DNA from: Octopus vulgaris
Lineage: Eukaryota
Reading direction: 5' to 3'
Assembly: GCA_951406725.2 (NCBI GenBank)
Contig: OX597816.1
Coordinates: 134,168,001-134,232,000 of the forward strand
DNA length: 64,000 bases
Made by a program: the position numbers and the translations under genes. A model generated the notes under the pieces. That model searched no databases. It worked only from the letters and a program-made list of their open reading frames with translations, and was not told the DNA's origin. Positions 1 through 12,862 of this stretch are shown piece after piece (position 1 is the stretch's first letter; every line of letters starts with the position of its first letter).

Positions 1-690
1 ACCAGTAGAAGTAGGAGCTTTCTGAACTTGGCCCAAGCTATTCTTATTCTAGTGGCAATGCTCTCTGAGCATCCACCCCCACTAGACTTGGTCACCTAGG
101 TAGCGGAAGCTATCAATTAATTCTAGTTTCTTCCCTTGGTATGTGATAGAATCCATTTTCTGAGCATCTGCAGTATTTATTGCCTTTGTGTATCTGCCAC
201 ACACAAAAGCTATCATCCCAGTTAACTTTCCTTTGATGTTGCTGCACCTATTATGCATCCAGAGCTTACACTGGGTACATCTTATGGAGTTTCTACCTAC
301 ACATTTTCTACAGATCGAGGAGAGCCATCTACCTGAAGGGGTTTGTGATGTGTTCGCCTTTCTACTTACTAGGACTTTGATTTTTGCAACATTGACTCTA
401 AGGCCCTTTTATTCTAAACCTTGCTTCCACACCTGAAATTTCTTCTCTAGTTCTGGTAGTGATTCTGCTATGACAGCAAGGTCATCAGCATAGAGGAGCT
501 CCCAGGGGCAACCTGTCATGAATTCCACTGTTATTGCCTGGAGGACTATGATTAATAAGAGGAGGCTGAGAGCTGATCCTTGGTGGACTCCTACTTCTAC
601 CCAAAATTCTTCCCTATACTCATTGCTGACCCTTACTTTACTAATGGCATCCCTGTACAGGGCCTGTACAGCTCTTATTAACCACTCATC
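1..690 (-). mobile_element. RTE-like non-LTR retrotransposon, RT fragment (inactive), with PHD-like Cys/His finger inside the RT
   Basis: Manual minus-strand translation: VGVHQGSALSLLLLIIVLQAIT..PWELLYADDLAVIAES..GLRVNVAKIKVL..ICRKCVGRNSIRCTQCKLWMHNRC..FVCGRY..IDSFRYLGDQV..RIRIAWAKFRKL. RT motifs QG, YADD and YLG are present, with one in-frame stop and a frameshift. Runs off the window edge. Confidence 0.9.
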
Positions 691-822
691 AATTTATATA
701 TTCTGAAGTATATACTGAACTTGATCAATATTGAATGCAAAAGTAAAATAGCCATTTTTTAATGTTTTTGTCAACAACGGAAATAAAATGAAATATAAAG
801 AATTATTTCATAAAACTATCTG

Positions 823-1187
823 TAGGCATAGGTATGTGGTAAGAAGCTTGCTTCCCAACCATATGGAGCCAGGTTTAGTCCCACCAAGGGTAAGTGTTTA
901 CTACTATAGGCCTGGGCTGATAAAGCCTTGTGAGTGCATTTGGTAGACAGAAACTGAAAGAAGCCCATCGTGTGTGCATGTCTTTGTGTCTATGTTTATC
1001 CCCCATCACCACTTAACAACTTGTGTTGGTGTGTTTACATCCCCAAAACATAGCAGTTCAACAAAAGAAACTGATAGAATAAGTACCAGGCTTAAAAAAA
1101 GAATATGTTGTCAAACCATGCAACTAAAAATTCTTCAAGGTGGTGCTTCAGCACAGCCTCAGAGTAATGACTGCAACAAGTAAAAGA
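823..1187 (+). mobile_element. tRNA-derived SINE, family A (CORE-like centre; octopus OR/OK-type)
   Basis: Degenerate match to the repeat seen many times here (GTGGTAAGAAGCTTGCTTCCCAACCA..AAAGCCTTGTGAGTG.ATTTGGTAGACAGAAACTGAAAGAAGCCC..ACAAGTAAAAGA). An oppositely oriented degenerate copy follows at ~1265-1612. Confidence 0.85.
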
Positions 1188-2220
1188 TTGTTCACAGCAG
1201 TTTAAGAAGAAAATTTTTCTTAACAGAAATTCATCCAAAGCACAATTGTTTGTAATGAGAATTATATTCTTTTACTTTCATTGGACTGTGAAGATATTAA
1301 GGCAATGGCCTCAAGGATTTAGTCAATCAGATCATTTCCAATGCATACTTCAAGACTGGTATTTATTCTATCTGTTTCTTTTTACCAAACTGTTATCAAA
1401 AGGTAAGGGACATACATAAAGATACATCCACACACATGTACACAAACAGTACATATATATGCAAACCAGGTTTTTGTCTACTGAATTCATTCATTAGTCA
1501 ACTTGGAGCTGTAGTAAAACAAACTTACACAAGGTGCCATGCAATGGTACTGACCCTATTTCAACATGGTTGTGAAGCAAACTTCTTAATCATATGACTA
1601 TACCTGCACCTACATTTGAAATACTGATGATAAGATATTGCATTTTAAATACTGATAATTTATTTCATTAAGTTTCTCTTTTTTAAACATTTAAAAACTA
1701 AAAACAAAACAAAATCTTATTCACTTTCTACTTCTTAATTACTTGCAGTTATTCCCATTGCATACTACCATCATTATTGCGTCTCTTCTAAAATCCTATT
1801 CTAAATGTTATGTGCAATCCTTTCTCCTAAACATTTAAATTTTACTCTTATATATGTGGTTGTTTTTGCACTTCCAAATACCATTCCTGAAACTATGATC
1901 TTTATTTCTAATATTTGAATATTATGATAGCATAGCTATAATAAAAATAGGAAGGGTTAGAATGAGAATGTCAACTGAATTCAACACAGACCAAATTGGC
2001 CAGGCATATTCTCAGATGAATGAAAAGTTTGTTTTTATTTTTGGTTACTCAATTAAGCAGAGTAAGGTTTCAATTACATACCCTAAAGCAGACAAAAATA
2101 ACTCAAAATCATAACCTGCAACCTTGTGACCAAGGATTTGATCCTATTATCCACTTAGATAGATTAGTACATCATTAATGATTTTGAAAAAAAAAAAGGT
2201 CAGTGAGTCTCTAGATTTCT

Positions 2221-2432
2221 TTAACCCTTTAGTGTTCAGATTATTCTACCAAATGTGATGCTTGTTTATTCACATTGCATTGAATTAATCATGCATTATC
2301 TCATAACTGTGAGATTTCTGCGATGTGACTCTTTACTTTGGGAATAATATTGTAGGATAGGGTAAGAGGCTGGATCTGAGTGGTTTTGAACAAAAAGGAG
2401 GTAAAATATATAGGCCAGATATGGCCGGTTTC
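2221..2432 (+). mobile_element. TTAA-flanked piggyBac-type MITE (family D), right end decayed
   Basis: Starts TTAACCCTTTAG; body matches the copies at 29822, 31652, 51585 and 58732. Confidence 0.75.
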
Positions 2433-4499
2433 TATTTGGAAGTTAACTGGTACATAGAGATTATATACAGCACTGTAGACTTGTATATGTTGTAGTTGTT
2501 TAGCCCCAGATCAGCTTAGATCATGCTCAGACCTGTAATGAAAGACAGTCTAGCTGTGATATCTTGCTATTTTATTTCAGATTGTTTTCAAATGTATCCT
2601 CTTTTTAAAAATGGCAAGTTATGACTAGGAGAATATAGTAAGGTGTAAGACATATAATTTTGGCAGGGCAGCTTCAATTCCCTACATTTTCACTAGGGGT
2701 TTGTGAAAATTGTACTCTTCAGAGAGTCATGAATGTTACACAACATTCCACTTTGATTCCTTTACAAAATTAGTGCTTAGTGAAAAGAAATCAATATTTT
2801 CATTGTATGCATCATGTTCAATTCATTTCATTTTAATCTCTTATATGCAACTTTAATTATTTTAAAATGCTTTCAAATTATCTGTGATGAGGCACAGATA
2901 ATACTTTCCTAGTCAACTCACTATTACTTCATGGCATTTATCTCTTATTCTATCCAAAGCAGCATCTAACTACTTTTATTTCAATTCAAACTTTCTTTAG
3001 AAATTTTAGGACTGTTAATATGTTTTTCTCAAACTGATTCTTCTTTACATTTTGTAATTTTGTCACCATAAATCACTACATTTTTGACAGATGCATTATA
3101 TATTCTATTTTCTTAGTAAGAAAAAAAACAGGAATTTCTTAGATATTTTACATAAACTTCACACTGTAGGCATTATATAGATTATTGTTTTTTACAGCTT
3201 AAGCATTTCTTAGCTAACATTTTCCACAGATACAAAAAAAAAAAAAAAATTAAGCATAATAAATTCAGCTTTGTAAATTCAGATATTTCAAATTCAAGTC
3301 TACTCTTTCGGATTTTAAATTTCTTCGGCATCTTTTAAAATTTCTTTGTCATGAAAGCTCAATAATTTCGTTTAAAAATACAAAAAAGTTTTAAAAAACC
3401 TACCTATTTAGTTCTGAACTTTAAAAACCAAGACAAAGAAATAGTAATATTGATGTAGCAGAAAAAGAGTACTGTTAGGTACTTTTTATGAAAGCATAGT
3501 ACCAGGCCTTATCTTCCATCTTTTACTTGTTTCAGTCATTGGACTGTGGCCATACTAAGGCAACACTTTGATGGGTTTAATCATGACTCTACTGTTCTAT
3601 GTGACCTAAGTTTGCTTTGCCAGACAGTCTGCTTTCTCTCTATATATATATCTTTATATAGAGTGGTTTGCTTTATTGTAGGAAATACCTGTACAAACCT
3701 TTTACTAACCTGTTTCTTTCTTTCAATCTGAATATTTTCATCTACTTATCATTGTGCTAGCATTAGCTTTTATTCAAATTACTTCCAGTTTCTATTCAAA
3801 TGTATCTAAAGAGCAAAAATGCTCTCACAAAACATTATTTATATTATTATGCCTCTATGGTCTATAATGGGAATGATTTAGTAAATTTTAGTACATAGGA
3901 CTACATCCTTATCATATCAAAGAAAAGAACAGATAGTTAGACTTGAACCCAATATCCCTATGAACTTATACACTGACGTGTAGATTCTAACATATATAAA
4001 TATTCAACCTCTCTATTGTTGATACCACAAGTAAGCATGCCCAAAGCACTCTGTAAACACTCCTATTGGCAATAGGAAGGGTATATTGCTATACAAGTCA
4101 AAGAAAATATATAAGCACCATGTGCAATAGCTCTCAGTAAGAAATGATTTGAACTATGTTCAACCCATGAAGAGCATGAAAAGCAAATATAGGATAATGA
4201 TGACAATGTTGTCTATAATAGATTATTTCCTTATTTTGTTCCATAGTTAAGATAGCATTTGTTTGAAGTATTACACATATGTGTTGTAGGAGAATAATAA
4301 TATGAATTAACTGGGATAAATTCTATATAAATCAAAACTTCACCGAGCATTAATCACACACTAGAATGATGAACAGAGCAAGGATGCAGTTTCACAGAAT
4401 AAAGGAACAAGTTGCAATTCCATTTCTTACACATGCACAAGCACAAGCACACACACACACACACACAAAGCAGTGGTGCAGAATAACACTATTTGTTCC

Positions 4500-6310
4500 G
4501 TGAAATAATAGATAAAAGAAATAAAGGCTGAAAACCAAGCCATACAAAAGGTATTGTTAGAAACATATGGACATAAAATTGACAGGCTGTTAACACCAAA
4601 ATCAAACAGCTAACAATCATTTTGCTTGAAAGGGTTTCCACCAAGGAGAGGCCATATAATGGATGAAAGAAGATGAGAAGTTGGATAAAAAGGAGTAGTC
4701 GAAGTGGGGGGGGGGGACTATACATGATTTATAAACATGAAAGAACTGAAGTTTTATGATTCATGATAATGACTGAGAATAACATATGGTCAAATATGCA
4801 AAAGATATAAATCCTTTATATTGCAAGTGAAAATGCTGCATGTTAGCAGTTATCAAAATGAAGAATAGCCAAGAAAAATGTGTTTTATCTTGGAACAGGA
4901 GTCCTGACACTAAAGGAGAAAATAGCTTTATAGTACTCAAAAAGATCTATCCACCATAACAGAAGTGTTAAGGCCACTCCCCCTGCTGAAGAGGATTGAC
5001 CTGCAAGAGTCCTGTGCTGGTGCCACATAAACAGCACTTGTACTGGTACTATGTAAAATCACTTGTGCAGTGCTATGTTAAAAGCACCCAACACATTGTT
5101 GACGTTATTAGAAAGGGCATCAAGCCATAGAAATCAAGTCAAATCAGCTCTGGTCAAACCATCTAACCCATGCCAGCATGGGAAACGGATACTAAAGGAT
5201 GGTAATGATAATGATGACAATGATGAAAAGAAAAGAACCAGATAAAACAATAATACACATAAACTGATTACACTGTTTTCTAACACAGACACATAATCAT
5301 ACACTTTGAAGAAAAATGCTATGGATTAAATTAACTCTCATACTTGACTGGCACTCAGGATGAAAGACAAAGCCATATTTTACAGGATCTGAAGTCAATG
5401 TGTAAACGGATGTAATCAAATGTTGAAAGGCATTTTATCCAGTGACTAGCAATTTTATCATCCACTGCTTTCATCTAATCTATAACTATGACATTGAGAA
5501 GGTTCATCAGTATGATGCAAATGAAAGATAGGATGCATCACCAAGAAGACCCAGTACTTGTGTCTAACGATTGGATTTACAGCAAAAGAAGCTTGAATAC
5601 TTGAGCCTACAAGAGAGCCTCAATGTGGCCACTCAACATGCTAGGAAAACAGACAATTCATCTTAAAATTATACAATATCATCTTAAATAGGTATCATAA
5701 TAATAATTTACATCTGTCTTTCATGCTGCCATCTGTGTGTGTGTTTATATTTGCACTCTAGAAAGTTGCTCACTACAAGCAGTGTCATTGTCACTTCTGT
5801 CAATTAATCCCCAGCTTGCTTTACATTTCTGAAGATGTGTGAAATATGAGATTCTTTACTTGAAAAGCAAATAAGGGTTAGTGACAAGAAGGGCATTCTA
5901 CTGTAAAACCTTGCCAGCAAGTCTAACCCATGCTGACTAGGGAAAACAAACATAAAACCAACATACCATGTATGCATTCATATGTAAGGAATATTGGTGC
6001 AACATTTCATCAAGCATCACAGGTAGTTGTTGTGGACAAAAAAAAAACCCAATAAAATATATAGTTTTAGAGGTCAGCTGTCCTGCAGATGTGAATACTT
6101 CTTCCAAAAATCAATGAAAAAGTGTATATTTGTGAACAAAGATTTCTCTTCAGATTATACATTCTATAATTATTGGTGCTCTTGGCTAAGTAAATGTCTA
6201 AGTTGCAATCTAAAAAAGTTTGGATTTTTAGTCAAAGAAAGTCATCATATGCAATTTGTATGTGGAACAATAAATATATGCAAAATTTTTCTAAAGTTCA
6301 ACATGTAATT
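4500..6310 (+). mobile_element. Degenerate R4/Dong-like (RLE-type) non-LTR retrotransposon, 3' portion, interrupted by SINEs
   Basis: 6070-6308 translates (with frameshifts) as EVSCPADVN..DYTF..IIIGALG..KCLSCNLKKFGF..GTINICKIFLKFNM*, the C-terminal restriction-like endonuclease end typical of R4/Dong. Weaker WT..QAVNTKIKQLT and RSGGGG similarity at 4560-4720. The left boundary is uncertain. Confidence 0.6.
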
Positions 6311-7319
6311 CTTTATCACTGTTGTTATCCAAATTTAGTGATGGTGCTTTGTTAAAAAAGAAAGCTAAGAAATAACACACACACACACACACATACACAC
6401 AAGCATGCACATAGATTAATTGGTATGAGAGACTGTTCATTGAATTTACAGTGAATACCATCTCCAACATAAAAGCCACAATTATTAACTTTAATAAATA
6501 ATGGCTGTTCTTTTGATCACATTGATTGAAGAAACCTTTAATTCAAGATCATAGTAATATTAATCTCAAACTTGAATTCACTATGCAGAGAATCACTAAT
6601 AACATCAGAAGGATACATCAACAACATTGGAAGAAAGACCAAATCATAAGAATCTTATTCGTTGTAGTTATAGAAGAAATCAGAACTATAAGTGCATTTT
6701 TCTTTGAGGTATGAACTCAATAATAATTTATGTAATTGCTATAAAATGATAAAAATGGGGAAAAAAATCCTACTGTAGGCTACATGAATAGAATGAAAAT
6801 ATACTCAGAGCTAATTTTATGACACACATAAAAAAAAAACAAATACCAACAAACAACATGCTTAATGTGAGAGGCAAGTTGATTGTGATTCTATTCACAA
6901 AAATGAGAATAAAGCACAAATGACAGTAAACAAAACATGGTTCATGAACACATATGCTGATGCTAGTAACAACAGTAAGACTGACCATCTATTCATATCT
7001 AGCTGCTAATGTCAATAGTAGCAGCCACAATAATACATGTATCATGAATTAAAAGAGTCTAAAATACAGATAACTGAAATATCTTTCCAATAAAACGTTT
7101 CAAGACAAGGTTATTTTATTTTAAATCCCTGCTACAAGACAGTACATATTTGACTTACTGAGTTGATGTTAACAGAGATCAATAATATTGGGAATGAATT
7201 GTTTTAACAGAGTGATGAATCATCTCACTGTAAAATAAACATTTATTTATATTCCTGTTTTATTATAACTGTTATACAGTACCTTGAATAAACTATAGAA
7301 GTAAACAAAGCAAAGCAAT

Positions 7320-10300
7320 TTGAAAAATGACATCACGGAACTGGAAAATGGGAAAAATAGGTTGTTGATCTTTTAGAAGACTATCAGTTATGTGGTGACA
7401 CTTATCAAATGCAGACAATTAGTTATAATTCTTAACAACAACAAAAGAAAAAAAATTGAAAAAAAATATATGTATGAAGACAGGAACAAAAGAACACTTT
7501 TATATAAATTTATCACTTAATTGATGTTAGAAGATATAAGCAGGAAAATCTGGCATTAGAGGAGAGTAGGTGAAATGAAAATAAGTAACAAGAAATTCGG
7601 TTGAAACATTTAGGTTATTAAGAATGAAATGTTTAATTTTCTTATGCACCAAGTTAGACAGTTGTTAACTTTGTTTTATCCTGACAGTTTTTTTTTGTTT
7701 TACAACATTGAAGAGTTATATCATCACCTTTCAAATTGCAATTCATGGTGTCTGATTATATTGTGAGTTTTCTCTTGTAAATCATGGATAGATAAAAAAT
7801 TTGTGTTGTTTATGAATGCATCCCAGACAGATCAAAACGTCAATGAGGTATTTGGTGAAGATGTGGCAAATGACCACACTGTACATCAATGGTTTGAGCA
7901 GTTCCAGTCTGGGTAGACCTGAGACCAAGGTGGATAATGATGAGCTGGAAACTAGAGTGGAACCGGATATATCTCAAACTACACATGAGTTAGCAGCAAG
8001 GTTTGATGTTTCAATTCCAACTGTATCGCATCATCTGAAACAAATTGGCAAGATAAAGAAGCTGGACATGTGGGTACAATACAAACTGAACGGGCATCAA
8101 ATGACATGTTGTCTTGAAACTTGCTGTTCATTGCAATCATGGCATAAAAGCGAACCATTTATGCATTGTATTGTTAAGTGTAATGAAAAATGGATTATTT
8201 TCAACAATAGCAAGCATTCTGCATGGTGGGTTGGATAGAGACAAAGTGCCAAAGCACAATCCAAAAAAGAATATTCACCAAAAAAAGCTAATGATGTCTG
8301 TTTGGTAGTTTAGCGCTGGTGTCATCCACTACAGCTTCATGGGACATGGTAAGTCAATTACAATAGATGTATACATCAACCAAGTGGAAGAAATGATGAG
8401 TGAACTTGCAATTAAACAACCGAGATAGGTCAACAGAGACAGGCCAGTTCTCTGGTAAGACAGTGCTCAACCACATGCTGCAAAAAGAATGCTACTCAAC
8501 TTACAGGAACTGAACTTAGAAGTACTCTGTCATCCACCATATTCACCAGATCTTGCACCAACTGACTATCACATTTTCCAAGCAATAGACAACTTTTTGC
8601 AAGGAAAAGACTTCTAATCTGAAGAAGATGCAAAAACAGCCTTTTGTGATTCTATCACCTCTTGCACTCCAGAACTATTCACTGCCAGCATAAATAAGCA
8701 TAAATGGCAAAATTGTGTTGATAATTTAGGTGTATAGTTTGATTAACCACATTGCTTTTTGTTGAGATAAGTAAAATAAACTTTCAGTTCAAAATTGGAC
8801 ATTTCACTCTTAATGACCTGATAATTTGTTGTCAAGGAAGAAATGAAGGAAGAATTAATAAAAATTCCAAATGCTCCTTCTCATGAAAATTTGGATTCAT
8901 TCTAGATAAAAACCAGTAGTGATATAAAGAAGTGTAACCAAAATGCAGTGTGGCTTGAAGGAATATGGAAGAAGTGTCAATGGTAATATCCTTGAGACTG
9001 TGATATAAAATCTTCAGCAAAAGTAAGCAGCAGAAAGAGACTTGATTATTGGACATTGATATAAATAAGAAAACTCTAACCTTCTAGTGGGTGGGTATTT
9101 CATTGACCATTATTTTTCAAGCTCTCAATGGTGATGTAAATATATAAAGCTGGCAGAGATTTGCATAAGCAAATCTACAAAATATGCTATTCACATGGGG
9201 AACTTAATATAACACACACACACACACACATCCTATCTGCTATTCCTTCAGGATTACTGTGACAATAACAATATCATTATGTCTGAATAAACAACAGCGA
9301 AGAAAGATGGCTCTGAATGTGTTGAGCAGCTTCTAATCAATAAATGTATGAGAGGTGCAGCATAATAGGAAGAATTTTGTTATAGCCTGACTTAATTACA
9401 AGAAAGCATTCAATTCTATTTTAATTATGGATGCTACAGACACTTTGACTTGCTTAAGTTCCAGAGATCATAATCAAGACCATAGACAACCTGGTTGAAA
9501 TCAAACATATTGTCTCTGATAGAATAAAGTATAAGAGGAATGTATTTTAAAGAAACATCATGTCTCTGATAACGCTTAAAATTGCAGTGAATCCCTTATT
9601 CTTTTTGTTGAGGTAATGTGAAGGACATGATTGGCTCACCAGAGGACAGAAACACAAAACTAACACAAGATCGTTTGTAAATGACCTGAAAGTATATGCC
9701 AAAAGTATGAATGGTATGAACAGGAGTTTTGACCTGGGTATGGCTTTTGCAAACAATATAGGGACAGAGTTTGGCCAGGATGAGTGTTTCTTCATAACTG
9801 TAAACAGGAACTTCTAATAAGAAATGTGCAACAAGTGGGGAAGGCACCTCCAAAGCTTTCTGTAGACAATAAATTACTAGCCCACAATGTGCTTACTGCA
9901 CTAATACTCATATCAACATTTGGGTTACTCAACTGGACACCAGAAGAGATCCAGGTGATTATATCAAAACTCAAAAAAACCAGAAACTTTTACATCAACA
10001 ACTATTAACAGCCTCTACCCCAAAACGAAATTTTCATATCAATAAATATCTATTGACCACCTCTACTCAAAACAAAAACATGGAAGTAGATGTTTAACAC
10101 AGTCAAACAGCCTTTGAATACCACAGCATATACTTTTCGACAGCTTTTGCTAACCAGATTAAAGCATCTTTTGAATATCACAGCATTTTACCTTTGATAG
10201 CATCTACTTATCATCAAACACTGAAGTATATTAATGGATTAAGTTTACATGTATGAAAATTAAAACAGAGCCTCACAAAGTATTCTTAACTGGTGGCAAG

Positions 10301-11060
10301 AGATACACAACCATCAATGTTACCCAGCTTTACTGGAGCAAACAGATCATTTGCAGTTTTATGTCAGATTATTTTAGAGAGATAGTAACAGTTAACAAGA
10401 ACAGTTTATTAAAAGTCAACAACTGGTATATTAGTCCTCACTTTGAAGAGAGTGCTTTCGCAATCCAGAAACTAGAAATAGCAACAAAATACTTGATGCA
10501 TAAAAGGGATATGGATACACAAAGCATTTACATGTGACAACAGATTCAGATTGTAGAATTAACACCAAAGATGTAACCTATATCATAAGTAGTTGCTCAA
10601 AATTGTTATCACCACACAACCTATTAGACATGATGTACTGACCATCACACTAAACAAGGCAATCTGTGGAAAGGATAGTCCTGAAGATAAAAATATGTTA
10701 TAATGATGTGATGGACACACACATAAGAAAGAATACTGGTGAAATGTTCTTGTCAAAACCCATGTAAAAAGGACTTCAGATATGAATCTGGGACAGAGAA
10801 AACAAAGTGTAGACAAAGGCAGATATCAACTGTCCAATAGATAGTAACAATGTTAGGGATAAAAGAAAATGGACTATTTATACTGAACTAATATGAAGTT
10901 TGCAGATACTACACCAGAATAGCTTTACATTTATACCAATGATTATTAGTGTACTTGGTTAGTAGAACTAATTTTGAAAAGCTGGCCCATACAAAGCCAA
11001 AAAGGATACAGTTAATTAAGAAATTACAATTGAAAGAGCTGTTAAAATATGCAAGGCGTC
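7320..11060 (+). mobile_element. Degenerate R4/Dong-like non-LTR retrotransposon (RT, CCHC knuckle, RLE), split by a mariner
   Basis: Collinear remnants: KNRL..ISYVVTLIKC (7350); NQNAVWL (8940); EQLLINK..LNYKKAFNS (9325-9420); FVNDLKVYAKS (9675); NKLLAHNV..TFGLLNWTPEEIQ (ORF 9784); SPHFEESAFAIQKLEIATKYL (ORF 10253); C..R..HIISSC-type knuckle (10535-10600); WDRENKV..DINCPID..FIPMIISVLG (10790-10960); VKICK (11041). Many stops. Confidence 0.8.
7610..8821 (+). mobile_element. Full-length but inactive mariner (DD34D) DNA transposon
   Basis: Imperfect ~30-bp TIRs (TAGGTTATTAAGAATGAAATGTTTAATTTT / reverse complement CAGGTCATTAAGAGTGAAATGTCCAATTTT) with TA at the right end. Transposase motifs WVQYKL (WVPHEL), IVKCNEKWI (TCDEKW), KKLMMSVW, DSAQPH (DNARPH), HPPYSPDLAPTDYHIF; frameshifts and stops. 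Confidence 0.93.
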
Positions 11061-11789
11061 AATAGTATGCATACAGTTCATAGCTACAAAGGGATGCATG
11101 TGCATGTACATACACATATACATGTAGAGCAGTCATAGCAGAATTATAGAGCCCAGGGAAAAGCAATGTACTGGGGCCTATACAATTTATATACTGATGA
11201 AAGCAACAGCATCGATTAGCATTGTTCCTTAGACCAGTGTGAACATGCCTTAAGATGGCACTGCATACATGCATTCCTGCAAGCATATATGCATGCGTAC
11301 TTACATGCATATCAAATTGATGATGATAAAATTTCAATAAGTGCTTGTTACTGGGTTGGAAACAGGCTTTTTCTCTACTGGTAAGAAAATTTTTTACGTA
11401 AAAGCAAAACATATTTACCTAAAAAAAAAAATGAATGAAAACACTTTTTTTCCCTTTTGACATATGAATCTTCTATTTTCTATTTGTAGTATTTCAGAAA
11501 ATAATCAATATTCAACTCCTTTTAGACCCATTTTTTATTTCCTGTATGGCAACCATTCAAAATAAATTTCTGTAATCTCAATTTTCTTCTTCCTAATATT
11601 GAATTATCTGTTACCAAAGAATATGCTGAATGAAATGTATGAATTCCTACTTCAAACTATATCTTTTGCTCTACGATATATTTGAAAATATTCTCAGCAT
11701 TTCTTTTCTTGATATATCTGCCGTTGTAATATTTTATCTAGACATTGCTGGGGACATGTGAATAAACATCACGTAATATTTTGCATCAC

Positions 11790-12500
11790 CGACGAGCTGG
11801 CAGAATCGTTAGCACGCCGGGCGAAATGCTCAGCGGTATTTCGTCTGCCGTTACGTTCTGAGTTCAAATTCCGCCGAGATCGACTTCGCCTTTCATCCTT
11901 TCGGGGTCGATTAAATAAGTACCAGTTACGCACTGGAGTCGATATAATCGACTTAATCCGTTTGTCTGTCCTTGTTTGTCCTCTGTGTTTAGCCCCTTGT
12001 GGGTAGTAAAGAAATAGTTATTTCTTCTGCCGTTACGTTCCGAGTTCAAATTCCACCGAGGTCGACTTTGCCTTTCATCCTTTCGGAATTGATTAAATAA
12101 GCACCTGTTACGCACTGGAGTCGATGTAATCGACTTAATCCTTTTGTCCTTGATTATCCTCTCTATTTTAGCGCCCTGTGGGCAATAAAGAAATAAATAT
12201 TTTGCATCAGCCATGTACGAAAGAAGTATTTGAGATGCAAGTGTAGTTATCAGTATCAACGCAAAGGGGTATTCGAGTGGCAGAATCGGTAGAGTAGCAG
12301 ACAAAATGTTTTGCGGTGTTTTCTTGCGTCCCCTCTCATCCTGAGCTCGAATCTTGCCGAGAGTGGCTTTGTCTTTTCGTTCAGTAAGGATCGATGTATA
12401 GAATTTAGTCACGTAGTAGAATTGATATTATCGACTATACTTCTCTTATATAGAAAAAAAAATGTGGCCTTGTACCTATGTAAGAGATCAATATTCGACC
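11790..12500 (+). mobile_element. Head-to-tail array of three tRNA-derived SINEs, family B (Meta-domain-like centre)
   Basis: Copy 1 (11790-12016) has GAGCTGGCAGAATCGTTAGC..GAGTTCAAATTCC (A/B boxes) and GCCTTTCATCCTTTCGGGGTCGATTAAATAAGTACCAG. Copy 2 (12017-12196) is 5'-truncated. Copy 3 (~12270-12500) is degenerate. Confidence 0.9.
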
Positions 12501-12674
12501 TAACGAGTCATGCATGTGCAGATATTGACAAATCAGCCTGTAAAACATTTAGTCTTTTTTTTTTATTCACATAATTTTAATTAATTTAAATCTAAATTTT
12601 ATTTCATAAGAAATGTGTGAATGCTTTCTCAACTCCCTTTTAGACTCCAACTAAGCCGATGATTATAAAATACT

Positions 12675-12862
12675 GATTTCAAATTTTGGCAGAAGGCCAT
12701 CAAGTCAGGGGGACGGAGTAAGTTGATTACATCGATCTCAATGCACAACTGGTACTTATTTTATCGACTCTAAAAGGATGAAAGACGAAATAGACCACGA
12801 CAGAATTTGAACTTAAATCGTAAAGATGGGCAAACATTTTACCCGTCAGCTCGCCGCCTTAA
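12675..12862 (-). mobile_element. SINE family B, reverse orientation
   Basis: Contains CTGGTACTTATTTTATCGAC..AAAGGATGAAAG..GAATTTGAACT..CAGCTCGCCGCCTT, the reverse complement of family B. Confidence 0.85.

Noticed and set aside
7816-8238. SETMAR-like domesticated gene
   Set aside because: Lies within a TIR-bounded mariner with frameshifts, stops and a mutated first catalytic Asp; no SET domain.
11790-11875. tRNA gene (A/B boxes; likewise other SINE heads)
   Set aside because: Continues into a SINE body and does not form a complete cloverleaf.
11864-12412. 182-aa minus-strand ORF
   Set aside because: Antisense reading of the tandem family B SINEs.
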